DNA of 64,000 bases from an uncultured Verrucomicrobiae bacterium. Its GTDB lineage: Bacteria; Verrucomicrobiota; Verrucomicrobiia; Chthoniobacterales; JAFAMB01. The notes below the pieces were generated by a model. That model was not told where the DNA came from. It saw only the letters and a list, made by a program, of their open reading frames with translations, and ran no database searches. Below are positions 1 to 9,396 of this stretch, piece by piece (position 1 is the first letter of the stretch; every line of letters starts with the position of its first letter). The position numbers were made by a program, and so were the translations under genes. The stretch is taken from positions 490,230 to 554,229 of the forward strand of contig CAWEXO010000011.1 of assembly GCA_963813025.1 (NCBI GenBank), read 5' to 3'.

Positions 1-849
1 AATCCGCCCGCGATTATCTATGCGATCTGCTCGGGCGCAGTGAACTACACGCGCCGGTTTTTTGACGAGGTGCTCCGCCCGGATGTGCCGACGCCCAGCC
101 CGCTCCTGTTTTCCGAAACCGTGTTTAACGGGCCGGCCAGCCATCTGGCGGCGGTTCTCCGGATGGATGGTCCGGTCTACACCCTGGTAGGCGACTCGGC
201 CGTTGGCTTGTCGGCGATCCACTTCGCGGCGGAGCTGCTGGACATCGATCCGACCCTGGAGAGTTGCCTGGTCGTTGGGACGGAGGAGATAAATTGGGTC
301 TTGCCGGAGGCTTTTCAGTCCTGGCGGATGGTCAGCCGAACACCGCGGTGCGAGGTTTTTGGCGAAAGCCACGGCGCGGTCTTTGGAGAAGCGGCGGCTG
401 CTGTCCTCATCGGGCGAGGGCCGGGCTTCCGGCTGGCCTATACCGGCGGCGGCCAGCCGTTTTTCTCGACAAAAGATGCCATTGAAACAACGGAAAAAGT
501 GGTGCGCCAATGCGTCGGCAGCGCGGGCCAGCCGGACATCATCATTGCCAGCGCGAACGGCACCTTCGTCGATCAGGCAGAATCCTGGGCGTTCTCTCTT
601 GGTAAGCTCCGCGCACCGGTCTACGCGTATAAGCCAGCCCTGGGTGATGCCTTGGGTGCCGGCGCGGTTCTTCAGGTTGTCCTTGGTTGTCTCGCTTTGC
701 AGCACCAGATATTGCCCGGCACACTTTCCGCGGGCAACGGTCTAGGGCTGGTGAATCGTATCACAAGACCGGTTGACGCTGATCGTTGCCTGATCAGCAC
801 GGTCGGGTTCAGTCAGCAGGCTAACGCGCTGATGATTGAGCTTAAGTAA
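1..849 (+). CDS. beta-ketoacyl synthase-like protein, C-terminal part (5' end lies outside the window)
   Basis: Frame 1 is open from nt 1 (NPPAIIYAICSGAV precedes the GTG at 40 used by the ORF track). It has the thiolase-fold KS-like C-terminal half (FSETVFNGPASHLA, VVGTEE, GAVFGEAAAAVLI, STVGFSQQANALMIE). No start codon is present in the window. Confidence 0.6.
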   Translation, partial: NPPAIIYAICSGAVNYTRRFFDEVLRPDVPTPSPLLFSETVFNGPASHLAAVLRMDGPVYTLVGDSAVGLSAIHFAAELLDIDPTLESCLVVGTEEINWVLPEAFQSWRMVSRTPRCEVFGESHGAVFGEAAAAVLIGRGPGFRLAYTGGGQPFFSTKDAIETTEKVVRQCVGSAGQPDIIIASANGTFVDQAESWAFSLGKLRAPVYAYKPALGDALGAGAVLQVVLGCLALQHQILPGTLSAGNGLGLVNRITRPVDADRCLISTVGFSQQANALMIELK

Positions 850-996
850 GGTAGCGCGGACCGCCTGGCCCGGAGCGTGCGGGGCGAGTGAAGCGAACAA
901 TGTGCTGGTATAGGGGGAGAAACAGAGACCGTCTTGCAACCGGTTTTTTCTCTGTGTCGGTAGGGCGAAAATTCATTGGAGCTTTAGCGAGAACTC

Positions 997-2388
997 CTAA
1001 GAAACTAAATCCGTGGCTGGGTCTAGAGGCGTGAGTTGGAGTCCGAATTCTTTGGCTCGTCGGCTGAGATTGTGAAGTAGGCGGTCTTTGTATTTTTTCT
1101 CGTAGTAGAGTTGCCCTTGCTCGACATAGGCAGCTCCGAACTTGAGCATGCGATAGAACAAGCGTGCCAGTTTATGAGCTCCGGCGTTGATGGCGGTGGG
1201 TGCCCCCAATCGGGCTTTGATGCGGCGGATAAAAGCGCCGATGGCCGTCTTACTTTGCATGGCTCCTTGGGCCGCCAGCCGGAACATGGCCGCCGCGCGA
1301 TTCTTGGTTTTTCTGGGGCTGGAACTGAGCAGTTTGCCGCCGCTGATGCGATTGTCCGGACAGAGTTTAAGCCAGGAGCAAAAGTGTTTTTCGCTTTTCC
1401 AACAGGTCATGTCTAAACCCGTTTCCGAAATGATGACTTCCACCGCCAAGGTGCTCAAGCCAGGCAACTGACTCAGATCGACACCACAAACGCTGGCCAG
1501 ATGCGCTCGGCGCTGCAGGGCTAGGCGAACTTGGGCCGACCGTGCTTGGGCCGCCCCGCTTTGCTCGAGGGCTTGCTCCAAATCTAGTTTAGTGTCGAAT
1601 TGCTCAAGTTGTTGCTCAATCTTGCTTTCGCAGGCGGTGATCTTGAGCTGGTAGGTGTCATAGAGTTCCAGGGCCGTTTGCAAGGCGAAGAGATGCTCGG
1701 CTCGGTAATCTCCCTGTAAGGCTTTGACGATCTGATCAGTGGATGCTTTCACTTGGGGGTGTTTCATCTGGGCAAGCTTGAGCGGATTGCGTTCTCCGGC
1801 CAAAATCGCCCGAATCATCGCCATGCCACTATAACCGGTGATGTCGCTCAACACGCGGTGCACTTGGATATTCATTTCGGTTAAGGCCTTCTGCATGCGT
1901 AACACATGGCTGCTGCAGTCCTTAACCAAGGTGTCGCGCAGGCGCAGGAAGCTGCGCAAGACGCAGACCTCGTCCTTGGGTCGGAACGAGCCGTTTAAAA
2001 GACCAAAGGTGTGGAGTTGTTGAAGCCATTGGCAGTCCGAGACGTCGCTTTTGCGTCCAGGCAGATTCTTGACATGAGCTGCGTTGACCAATTTTACCTC
2101 CAACCCTCTCTGCTCCAGAATCTGGAACACCGGTATCCAATAAACCCCCGTTGATTCCATCACTACGGTCTCAATGTGGTGTTCGCTCAGCCAGTCAGCC
2201 ATCCGCTGCAGATCGCTCGTAAAAGGGCCAAACTTGCGCACCGTTTCTGAGCCGCGGTCTTCGGGAATGGCCACCAGGTGAAAATTCGCCCCGATATCGA
2301 TTCCTGCGGCCTTGAGATTGATCCGTTCCAGAACACTCCGGTGAGTTTTTGATTTGTTCTTTCGCTTGGTCGTGGTTTTCTTTGCCAT
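997..2388 (-). CDS. IS110 family transposase/recombinase (DEDD RuvC-like domain + Transposase_20 domain)
   Basis: 463 aa. N-terminal motifs AAGIDIGANFHLVAI and VVMESTGVYW. C-terminal motifs LPGLSTLAVEVIISETG and FCSWLKLCPDNRISGGK, typical of IS110-family enzymes. Confidence 0.9.
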   Translation of the reverse strand: MAKKTTTKRKNKSKTHRSVLERINLKAAGIDIGANFHLVAIPEDRGSETVRKFGPFTSDLQRMADWLSEHHIETVVMESTGVYWIPVFQILEQRGLEVKLVNAAHVKNLPGRKSDVSDCQWLQQLHTFGLLNGSFRPKDEVCVLRSFLRLRDTLVKDCSSHVLRMQKALTEMNIQVHRVLSDITGYSGMAMIRAILAGERNPLKLAQMKHPQVKASTDQIVKALQGDYRAEHLFALQTALELYDTYQLKITACESKIEQQLEQFDTKLDLEQALEQSGAAQARSAQVRLALQRRAHLASVCGVDLSQLPGLSTLAVEVIISETGLDMTCWKSEKHFCSWLKLCPDNRISGGKLLSSSPRKTKNRAAAMFRLAAQGAMQSKTAIGAFIRRIKARLGAPTAINAGAHKLARLFYRMLKFGAAYVEQGQLYYEKKYKDRLLHNLSRRAKEFGLQLTPLDPATDLVS

Positions 2389-2758
2389 ACCTCTCTTGGG
2401 TTAGATGTTGTTCTTGCTTTCACACTGCAGCGCATCGGCCCGAGTTGGTAGATAGAGAGAAATCTCCTAAACAGGATAGCTCCAGATCGGCAAACAACCC
2501 GATCTGGAGCTTCGCTAATGCAACAACCAAAACGCTCGGAACCAAACTAGCTATCGGGCATAAAGCTCCAATGCCACACCGGTCTTAACTGCCGACCCAC
2601 TGCTGCCTACTTTCTACGTCGAGATGCCCAAGGCAATCAATCCAGTGTTTCTTGCCGCAAAAAGAACGCGCAGAGTTCTGGGGAACTAGCTAGTTTGAGC
2701 CGTCTTGGGTGTGGCTATCTCAAAGCCCCGGCTCAAACAAGTTCTCGCCTGGCGCTCG
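2389..2758 (-). ncRNA. candidate IS110 bridge (guide) RNA region in the 5' non-coding arm
   Basis: About 370 nt with no credible ORF, on the same strand and immediately upstream of the recombinase. It has a perfect 12-bp stem-loop at 2479-2510. Nested complementary pairs occur at 2543-2553/2687-2697 and 2693-2702/2729-2738. Segment 2561-2573 is the exact reverse complement of 974-986 at the opposite IS end. RNA boundaries are not determined. Confidence 0.35.
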
Positions 2759-2899
2759 AATGAATTTTCACCCTACCGATACAGAGAAAAGACACTACGA
2801 CACAATACCGGCGATAAGTTGCCGTTACAGGCTGGGCTGGGCAGAGCCGCCTGCGCTTCGGATTGATTCCGGGTAGGGAATACGGCATAGTGCGCCTTT

Positions 2900-3334
2900 A
2901 TGGGCGCCAGGCTCACCCCGACCCGATCTTCTGCTGTTGAGGATTATCTTGAGCAAATTCTTGATCTCATCAACGCGAAGGGTTATGCGCGAGTTGCCGA
3001 TATCGCCCAAGGATTGAAAATCTCACAGGCTAGCGTCACGAATATGGTGCAGCGTTTGGACTCGGAGGGGCTGCTAAAATATGAGAAGTACCGAGGACTG
3101 GTTTTAACGACCGCGGGCGAGACCCTAGCTCGAAATATCATGCAACGGCACCATCTCCTAAGCGATTTCTTTCGTCTGCTTGGAGTCGATGAAGATGTGA
3201 TCTACCACGACGTGGAGGGGATGGAACATCACATCAGCCCACCAACGCTTCACGCGATCGAGGCTTTAATGAAGGAACTACAGCAACAACCGAAACTACT
3301 TGCTCGCATCAGACCCCACCCTCATGGCAGTTGA
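2900..3334 (+). CDS. mntR: DtxR/MntR-family metal-dependent transcriptional regulator
   Basis: 144 aa. Winged-HTH region EDYLEQILDLINAKGYARVADIAQGLKISQASVTNMVQRL, followed by a His-rich metal/dimerisation region (QRHHLLSDFF, VEGMEHHIS). Confidence 0.85.
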   Translation: MGARLTPTRSSAVEDYLEQILDLINAKGYARVADIAQGLKISQASVTNMVQRLDSEGLLKYEKYRGLVLTTAGETLARNIMQRHHLLSDFFRLLGVDEDVIYHDVEGMEHHISPPTLHAIEALMKELQQQPKLLARIRPHPHGS

Positions 3335-3457
3335 ACATTGTGGTTTAGCCGGTCATTCAGGAAATCTCGAATTTAACAACCCGGAGATAATTTTCTTTGA
3401 TCCTGCGGGCAAAAGGCTCTGCCCGGCAAGCTTTGCGCCCAATCCGAAGCCGATGCT

Positions 3458-3928
3458 ATGAGGTGGGTTCGGGGGTTGGCGCTGATTGCGCTTTTCTTCA
3501 CGGCTTGTGAGAGTGGTACCGAGACGTCTCGCTACTCCCAGACACAGGCGGCGATTAATCGCAGCATCGCGCAAGAACGACCTGGCAACTACTACATTGG
3601 ACGCCGCTTTTTTCGACGGTACTTCTTTTTTTGGGGTTATGTCCGGAAGCCCAGACAATCATGGAGCCAGGCGCAACTCGTCATGCTCAATGAGCAAAAG
3701 GTCCACGCGCCCGATCGCGCGGAGAACGTGATTGGTTCCGACAACGGTTACGAATATCGTCTCCAAGGCTATTTCTCCGGTCAAAAGGTGTACGAACCGG
3801 CCTCGAACAGTTTTTATCCGGAATTTGTGCTCACCGGATACACATTGCTGTCACAGCATCCTCCGCCTATTTTTAGGCAAGCGAGCGCAACCGATCCGAA
3901 CCGGATAACGATCGATCGGCCCGAATGA
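3458..3928 (+). CDS. hypothetical lipoprotein
   Basis: 156 aa. Signal peptide with a lipobox-like LFFTAC followed by ESG. No recognisable family. Confidence 0.55.
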   Translation: MRWVRGLALIALFFTACESGTETSRYSQTQAAINRSIAQERPGNYYIGRRFFRRYFFFWGYVRKPRQSWSQAQLVMLNEQKVHAPDRAENVIGSDNGYEYRLQGYFSGQKVYEPASNSFYPEFVLTGYTLLSQHPPPIFRQASATDPNRITIDRPE

Positions 3929-4022
3929 TTGTTTCGGGCTGAGCATCCTGATATTCTGGCTCCTCGACGGCGCCAGCCGGTGTACGGACTGTGTTTGGCC
4001 GTGAGAGGATGGTTTTCGGTGG

Positions 4023-7000
4023 ATGATCGATCCGAGCAGATTTGACCATTTCGAGGTTTTGCGGAAGTCCGATGGCGCTCTTTGGGAACTCGGCCGGGGC
4101 ACCATGGGTACGACTTACAAGGCGTTCAATACAAATTTCCGGTGTGCGGTCGCCTTGAAGGTGATCAACCCGCAATACGTCAGTAGTGACACCGCACGCT
4201 ACCGTTTTTTGCGCGAAGCTCGGGCGGCAGCGCAGTTTCGCCACCCTAATGTGGCTTCGGTATTTCATCTGGGTAACTCCGAGAATGGCTTTTTCTATGC
4301 CATGGAGTTTGTCGACGGGGAGACTGTGGAGCGGCGGGTCGCGGATCACGGCCCCCTCGATCTGCTCCAGAGCTTGCGCATCACCCGGCAGGTAACCCGC
4401 GCGTTGATTGCCGCCGAGCGGAAGCAATTGATCCACCGAGACATTAAGCCCGCTAATCTTATGTTAGCCAGGGACGAGGATGACGAGGAACAGCTGCTCG
4501 TCAAAGTTATCGATTTCGGGTTGGCCAAATCGTTGCTGAACCCGACCGAACAGTCGGGTACGGTGACGCTGGCGGGATTTGCCGGCACGCCGCATTTCGC
4601 CAGCCCAGAGCAGCTCGAGGAAAAGGAACTCGATATACGCTCCGATCTCTACTCCCTCGGGGCGACTCTCTGGTACATGTTGTTTGGACATCCGCCCTTC
4701 CAGGGGCCGATTGCCAGCGTGATCGCTCAACAGCTTAGCGCGGAATTGCCGGCGACGGCCTTGGGGCAATTGCCGGCGGCACCCCGAGAAGTGCTCTGTA
4801 AACTACTGGCCAAGAAGCCCGCCGATCGGTTTTCCAACCCGACTGAACTCAAGTCATCCCTTGACCGGATTTTGCAGGATCTAACCGACGACCCGCAGGA
4901 CAAAAGCTGCCAGTCACCTGATCCTCTGCAGATCGCGGCGGCCCTGGAGGAGTTTGCTACCGGCCAGTTAGTGCGTAACCGATACAAAATAATAGGGCCA
5001 TCGGCGGTCGACCGCCGACTCTACGAGGCCAGGGACCTTCACGGCAACCAGCTGGTCGCCGTTCGACCTGTTCCGGTGAATTTGGCAGCGGATTCCGGGT
5101 GGATGGATCAGTTCGGCAAGGAGATCGAGCGCCTGCGGAGTGTTCATCATCCCGGTCTGCTCGAGCTGTTCGGGCTGGAAAGCTCTGATCGCGGCGCGGT
5201 GTTGATCAGCGAATGGCTGAATGGATTTTCCTGGCAGGAGTTGCTGCGGGCGCGACGAGAACTTACCTGGGATGAAACTTACCGATTAGCCGCCCCGCTT
5301 GCTCGTCTAACCGACTTTTTGCAAGGACGAGGTTTTGTTTCTCTGCCTCTGCGAAGCCTCTTCGTTGAGATCCCGAAGCTACCCGGTAATTGTCGAACGC
5401 TCTTGCGAACTCCGGTTTCCGGCTGGCCGCCATTCCTGGTGAAAGCTGATCCCTTGGCACTGAGCCTTTGGTGGCGCCCGGATTCGTTCGAACCAACGAT
5501 AACTGTGGTCGACCGCCGAACAGGCGACGCGGAGCCGGCTGCTGCACAATATCTGGCGATGGCGACCTATGAACTGCTGGGCGGTGCCTTGCACGGATCG
5601 GCGGTCGGAACCGAATGCGGCCGCTCTCCGCCTTTAGTCACTCTCTCCGAAGCCGGCAACCGTCTCTTGCAACAGGCGCTCACCGATCGAAAGCGATTCA
5701 GTTCCGCCACACAATTTGTAAAGGAGTTGCAGGCGGTTGAAAGCGGGGAAGCCGCATCTGTCGCAGTTTCTCCGAAGCGATTGGCGGCTTCGCTGGCAGC
5801 GAGACGAGTTCCCGAACCCGTAATCGTAGAAGACGATGTCCAACCCCGTTTGTCGCCGGTTCTTCTTTCTATCGGAGTGACGATGCTCGTGCTGTTTCTC
5901 GCGTGCGCCGTAGGCCTACTGATTTTCGAACAGGTGCGGCTGGGCCGCCACGGGTCACCGTCAGGCGGGTTCGTTTCCGTCGAAAGTCAGCCCGAAGGAG
6001 CATCGGTATTTTGGCGGAGCCAAGAGCTTGGGAAGACGCCGGTCAAACAGCGGTCGCTGCCGAACGGCGCGCAGACAGTCGAGTTGCGACTCCCGGGTTA
6101 CGAAAATCGTGAGGTAAATGTGAACGTAGTGCCCGGAACAACCAGTGATACTGGCACACTTCCGCTCCAGCGGAGTGCCGGCCATCTGATCCTGAAGACC
6201 AATCCAACTGGGGTTCCTTACGAGATTATCGGTTCCGATGAGAAATTAATTTCGGGACGGACCCCGGCGAATTTAGCAAAGCTTTCCCCCGGGGCATATG
6301 TCGTTCGCTACCGTTTGGCCGGGTGGCCGGTCTTTCAACAGCCGGTCAGTATTGAGGCCGGATCGAGCCAGACACTGGAACACACCTTTGCTGGCGGCAC
6401 CGTGAATTTTAAGAGCGATCCCACCGGTGCGACGATCTACGAAGGAGAAGTACTCCTGGGAAAAACACCTTTCAGCACCGTCTTGCCGATCGGCCAGACG
6501 GTTGAATTGACCTCGAAGGTCGAAGGACTCAAGCCCGCCTCCGAGCGCGTCACCCCTGGGCAACAAAACTCGGACCCGGTGATCTTTCGACACAGCTATG
6601 GGATGGTCTCAATCACCAGCGACGTACCCGGAGGACAAGTAACTATTTCCGGCATCGACGCTGGCCGAACCCCTCTCCAGAAGCCGGTTTCCCCAGGCCG
6701 GCATGAATTTGTTCTTACGGGTCCCGACCACTCAACTGAGAGCAAGGAGATCGAAGTTCCGCCTGGGAAGGTGATCGCGATAAATTTCGGGTCTGCCTCC
6801 GCCAACCTGCGACACGAGACGCGTGAGGCGCATCGGCCCGCGCTGCGCGCCCAAACTGGGGGACCACGCAGGCCGCCAGTCTACTTGTCAAAGGAAGACT
6901 ATGATCGTGCGCGAGACGAAGCTTTTCGCCGCTTCGATGCGGAATGGGACTACCGCAAACGTGCGCTGAAACAGGCCCAAGATTACTATGAATACCAGGC

Positions 7001-7130
7001 CGATCATTCCGAAGGGTCGGCTCGCGAGAAATGGAATGCGAAAAAGGAGCAAGCCGATCGCCAGACTGACGCCTTGGGCGACGCGCGTGATCACGCGAAA
7101 GACGAACTGACACGGCAGTGGAGCGAGTGA
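4023..7130 (+). CDS. membrane Ser/Thr protein kinase with a second kinase-like region and extracytoplasmic PEGA repeats
   Basis: 1035 aa. Hanks kinase motifs GRGTMGTTYKA, VALK, HRDIKPANLML, DFGLAK, GTPHFASPE. Residues about 320-560 are kinase-like but lack HRD/DFG. One TM helix (LSPVLLSIGVTMLVLFLACAVGLLIF). Repeated PEGA-type modules (SQPEGASVFW, TNPTGVPYEI, SDPTGATIYE, SDVPGGQVTI). Charged tail. Confidence 0.9.
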   Translation: MIDPSRFDHFEVLRKSDGALWELGRGTMGTTYKAFNTNFRCAVALKVINPQYVSSDTARYRFLREARAAAQFRHPNVASVFHLGNSENGFFYAMEFVDGETVERRVADHGPLDLLQSLRITRQVTRALIAAERKQLIHRDIKPANLMLARDEDDEEQLLVKVIDFGLAKSLLNPTEQSGTVTLAGFAGTPHFASPEQLEEKELDIRSDLYSLGATLWYMLFGHPPFQGPIASVIAQQLSAELPATALGQLPAAPREVLCKLLAKKPADRFSNPTELKSSLDRILQDLTDDPQDKSCQSPDPLQIAAALEEFATGQLVRNRYKIIGPSAVDRRLYEARDLHGNQLVAVRPVPVNLAADSGWMDQFGKEIERLRSVHHPGLLELFGLESSDRGAVLISEWLNGFSWQELLRARRELTWDETYRLAAPLARLTDFLQGRGFVSLPLRSLFVEIPKLPGNCRTLLRTPVSGWPPFLVKADPLALSLWWRPDSFEPTITVVDRRTGDAEPAAAQYLAMATYELLGGALHGSAVGTECGRSPPLVTLSEAGNRLLQQALTDRKRFSSATQFVKELQAVESGEAASVAVSPKRLAASLAARRVPEPVIVEDDVQPRLSPVLLSIGVTMLVLFLACAVGLLIFEQVRLGRHGSPSGGFVSVESQPEGASVFWRSQELGKTPVKQRSLPNGAQTVELRLPGYENREVNVNVVPGTTSDTGTLPLQRSAGHLILKTNPTGVPYEIIGSDEKLISGRTPANLAKLSPGAYVVRYRLAGWPVFQQPVSIEAGSSQTLEHTFAGGTVNFKSDPTGATIYEGEVLLGKTPFSTVLPIGQTVELTSKVEGLKPASERVTPGQQNSDPVIFRHSYGMVSITSDVPGGQVTISGIDAGRTPLQKPVSPGRHEFVLTGPDHSTESKEIEVPPGKVIAINFGSASANLRHETREAHRPALRAQTGGPRRPPVYLSKEDYDRARDEAFRRFDAEWDYRKRALKQAQDYYEYQADHSEGSAREKWNAKKEQADRQTDALGDARDHAKDELTRQWSE

Positions 7131-7183
7131 TTGTATCGCCCGGACAGGAACCAGAAAAACTTTCCGTTCTTGGCGCATAAAGG

Positions 7184-8251
7184 CTAAGCCTCGCCGATGC
7201 GTTGATGCAGAACCCGAAAGGCAGAGCCGGCTCCGCTCGGATCCGTGACGAAGCGCCCCCGCTCATCCGATAAGGCCCTTCGTCCCCAGGTCCTCAGAAA
7301 CTTGGCTTGGGAGAAATAGCCGATTGTGCGAAACCCAAAATCCAGGCCCCATCGCTGCAAATCGGCAAAGTTTACATCAGCCGTCAGATCCTGGTGTCCG
7401 GCCCGTAAATAGATTTCCCTTCCAGTAAAGCGCTGATGCCGATGGTAGGCTCGGATAGTTCCCATCGGGGTAGCGCCGAAGATTTCCACGGGATTTCCAC
7501 CGTAGTCGATGGTCAAGAGTGCGCCTTTCTGCAGAACAGAGCTAAGTTCCCTGAGCCAGGTATGGTAAACTTCATGAACCTCAATGAATTGTCCGGAAAC
7601 AAACGTCTCGTGGAACGAAACCGACTCGGGAAGATCCTTTACGGAGTGCAGCTCTTCGCGCCAAACGCCGGAATCGAAAAGCAGGAACACCTCGAACCAG
7701 ATTCCGCCTTGCTTGGCAAACCGGCGACAAGGAAAAGCGTCGACAAATTCGTTGGAAAAAACCAAGGCTTCGCCCTGGTCTTTGAGAGCTGCCTGCACTG
7801 AGGAGAACCAACGCGGAAATGAAACCCGACGCAGAAATGAAGGCCGACGCATTCGGCGATTTGACAGCCGCCGCTGCTGCTCCTCCTTCAATGGACCCGA
7901 CAATTCGACAATCCGATAATCGATTTCCGAAAATGGTGGGAAACGCCGCAAGATCCCGGAAGCCATTTCACCGGAGCCGGCACCCAACTCGACCACGGTG
8001 AGAGAGCGCAGTTTCAATGCCCGCGCCTCCTGTTTGATCCACGCCGCAATCGCTTCCGCCAGCGCGCCGCTCAAGGTTGCCGTGGTGGAGAAGTCCCCTT
8101 TCGATCCGACTGTGGCAACGTTTCGACTGTAGTACCCGTGGACCGGATGATAAAGAGCGAGCTCCATAAAACGGTCAAAGCGAAGGCAGCCGCCCTCCGC
8201 CTGAGCAATCTCGGCTAACCAGCTTGGCATAGGAGGTAACGAGCGTAACAA
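7184..8251 (-). CDS. SAM-dependent methyltransferase, MidA/DUF185 (NDUFAF7-like) family
   Basis: 355 aa. Motifs HPVHGYYS, GDFSTTATLS, VVELGAGSGEMA, SNEFVDAFP. Confidence 0.8.
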   Translation of the reverse strand: MLRSLPPMPSWLAEIAQAEGGCLRFDRFMELALYHPVHGYYSRNVATVGSKGDFSTTATLSGALAEAIAAWIKQEARALKLRSLTVVELGAGSGEMASGILRRFPPFSEIDYRIVELSGPLKEEQQRRLSNRRMRRPSFLRRVSFPRWFSSVQAALKDQGEALVFSNEFVDAFPCRRFAKQGGIWFEVFLLFDSGVWREELHSVKDLPESVSFHETFVSGQFIEVHEVYHTWLRELSSVLQKGALLTIDYGGNPVEIFGATPMGTIRAYHRHQRFTGREIYLRAGHQDLTADVNFADLQRWGLDFGFRTIGYFSQAKFLRTWGRRALSDERGRFVTDPSGAGSAFRVLHQRIGEA

Positions 8252-8340
8252 TTTACGCGTGTCATGGAGTGTGCGCGACCCGCCTTCGCTACGCCCGGCT
8301 ACGGCGCGGCAGTCCTTGTCACACTCACTCCACGTCGCCC

Positions 8341-9396
8341 TTATCCACCGAGATCTTCTTTGATCGTTTCAACAAAGGCGGTCAGCAACCGCACGCACCG
8401 TTCCACGTCGTTCAAATCCACGAGTTCGACAGGAGAGTGCATGTATCTGAGCGGAATTGATAGAAGAGCGCTGGGCACGCCGGTCCGGCTGGAATAAATC
8501 CGCTCAGTGTCGGTGCCGGGCGAATAGGCTTCGTGCTGGATCGGGAGATCAAGCTGCCTGGCCAAGGCAATCAACCGTTCTACGATTCTCGGATGATTCG
8601 CCGTCCCATGAGTGAGCGAAGGTCCCTGTCCCAGGCGAACTGAACCGTGTTTGTTCTTATCAATACCCGGTGAATCCGTGGCATGCGTGACGTCAAGAAC
8701 AATCGCCGCTTGCGGCTGTAGCCGATAAGCGATCATTTTGGCGCCAGCACCTCCGATTTCCTCCTGAACCGCGTTAACGGCGAGTACGGTCGCGACCGTT
8801 CTCTCCGGGCGGGCCGACAAGCTCTCCAATACCTGGCTGAGAATAAATCCGCCGATCCGGTTGTCGATCGCGCGGCCAACCACTCGACTCCCTGTTAGCT
8901 CTTCGGCCTGGTCAGTGTAGACAGCCGGATGTCCCGGTCGGATTCCCCGTTCCTCGACTTCCGCTCGGCCGCCGGCGCCGATGTCGACAAAGAGTTGATG
9001 CATCTCCGGAATCTTGTCGTCCTGCTTCTCGCGAAGATGAATAGCGGTATTACCGACAATCCCGAGCACCGGCCCTTTGTCCCCAAAAATTTTGAGACGT
9101 TTGCCCCGGGCGATTGCCCAATCACTTCCGCCGATCCTGGTCAAATAGAGATAACCATCATCCGAAATGTTTTGCACCATAAACCCGATTTCATCGGCAT
9201 GCGCCTCCAACATGAGACGGAGGTTCGAGTTTGATCCATGGCGAGTTACCCATGCGTTCCCGTATGAATCGGTATCGACTCGATCTGCCCACTGGCGCGC
9301 ATAATCCATCCAAACCTTTTGACCAGCATTTTCAAACCCGGTAGGGCTCGGCGTGTTGAGCAATTCGAAGAGAAACCGTTTGGCGTCATCATTCAT
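8341..9396 (-). CDS. M42 family metallopeptidase (FrvX/CelM-type aminopeptidase)
   Basis: 351 aa. Motifs LLNTPSPTGFE, MLEAHADEIGFMV, AIDNRIGG, VQEEIGGAGA, HSPVE. Confidence 0.85.
   Translation of the reverse strand: MNDDAKRFLFELLNTPSPTGFENAGQKVWMDYARQWADRVDTDSYGNAWVTRHGSNSNLRLMLEAHADEIGFMVQNISDDGYLYLTRIGGSDWAIARGKRLKIFGDKGPVLGIVGNTAIHLREKQDDKIPEMHQLFVDIGAGGRAEVEERGIRPGHPAVYTDQAEELTGSRVVGRAIDNRIGGFILSQVLESLSARPERTVATVLAVNAVQEEIGGAGAKMIAYRLQPQAAIVLDVTHATDSPGIDKNKHGSVRLGQGPSLTHGTANHPRIVERLIALARQLDLPIQHEAYSPGTDTERIYSSRTGVPSALLSIPLRYMHSPVELVDLNDVERCVRLLTAFVETIKEDLGG

Larger units (their letters stand above)
946..2790 (-). mobile_element. IS110-family insertion sequence (outer limits; true ends may be 978/2758)
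   Basis: Contains an IS110-type transposase ORF, a roughly 400-nt non-coding arm upstream of the ORF and a roughly 50-nt arm downstream. It is delimited by a 32-nt inverted repeat, 946-977 versus 2759-2790 (30/32 match). Confidence 0.8.
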
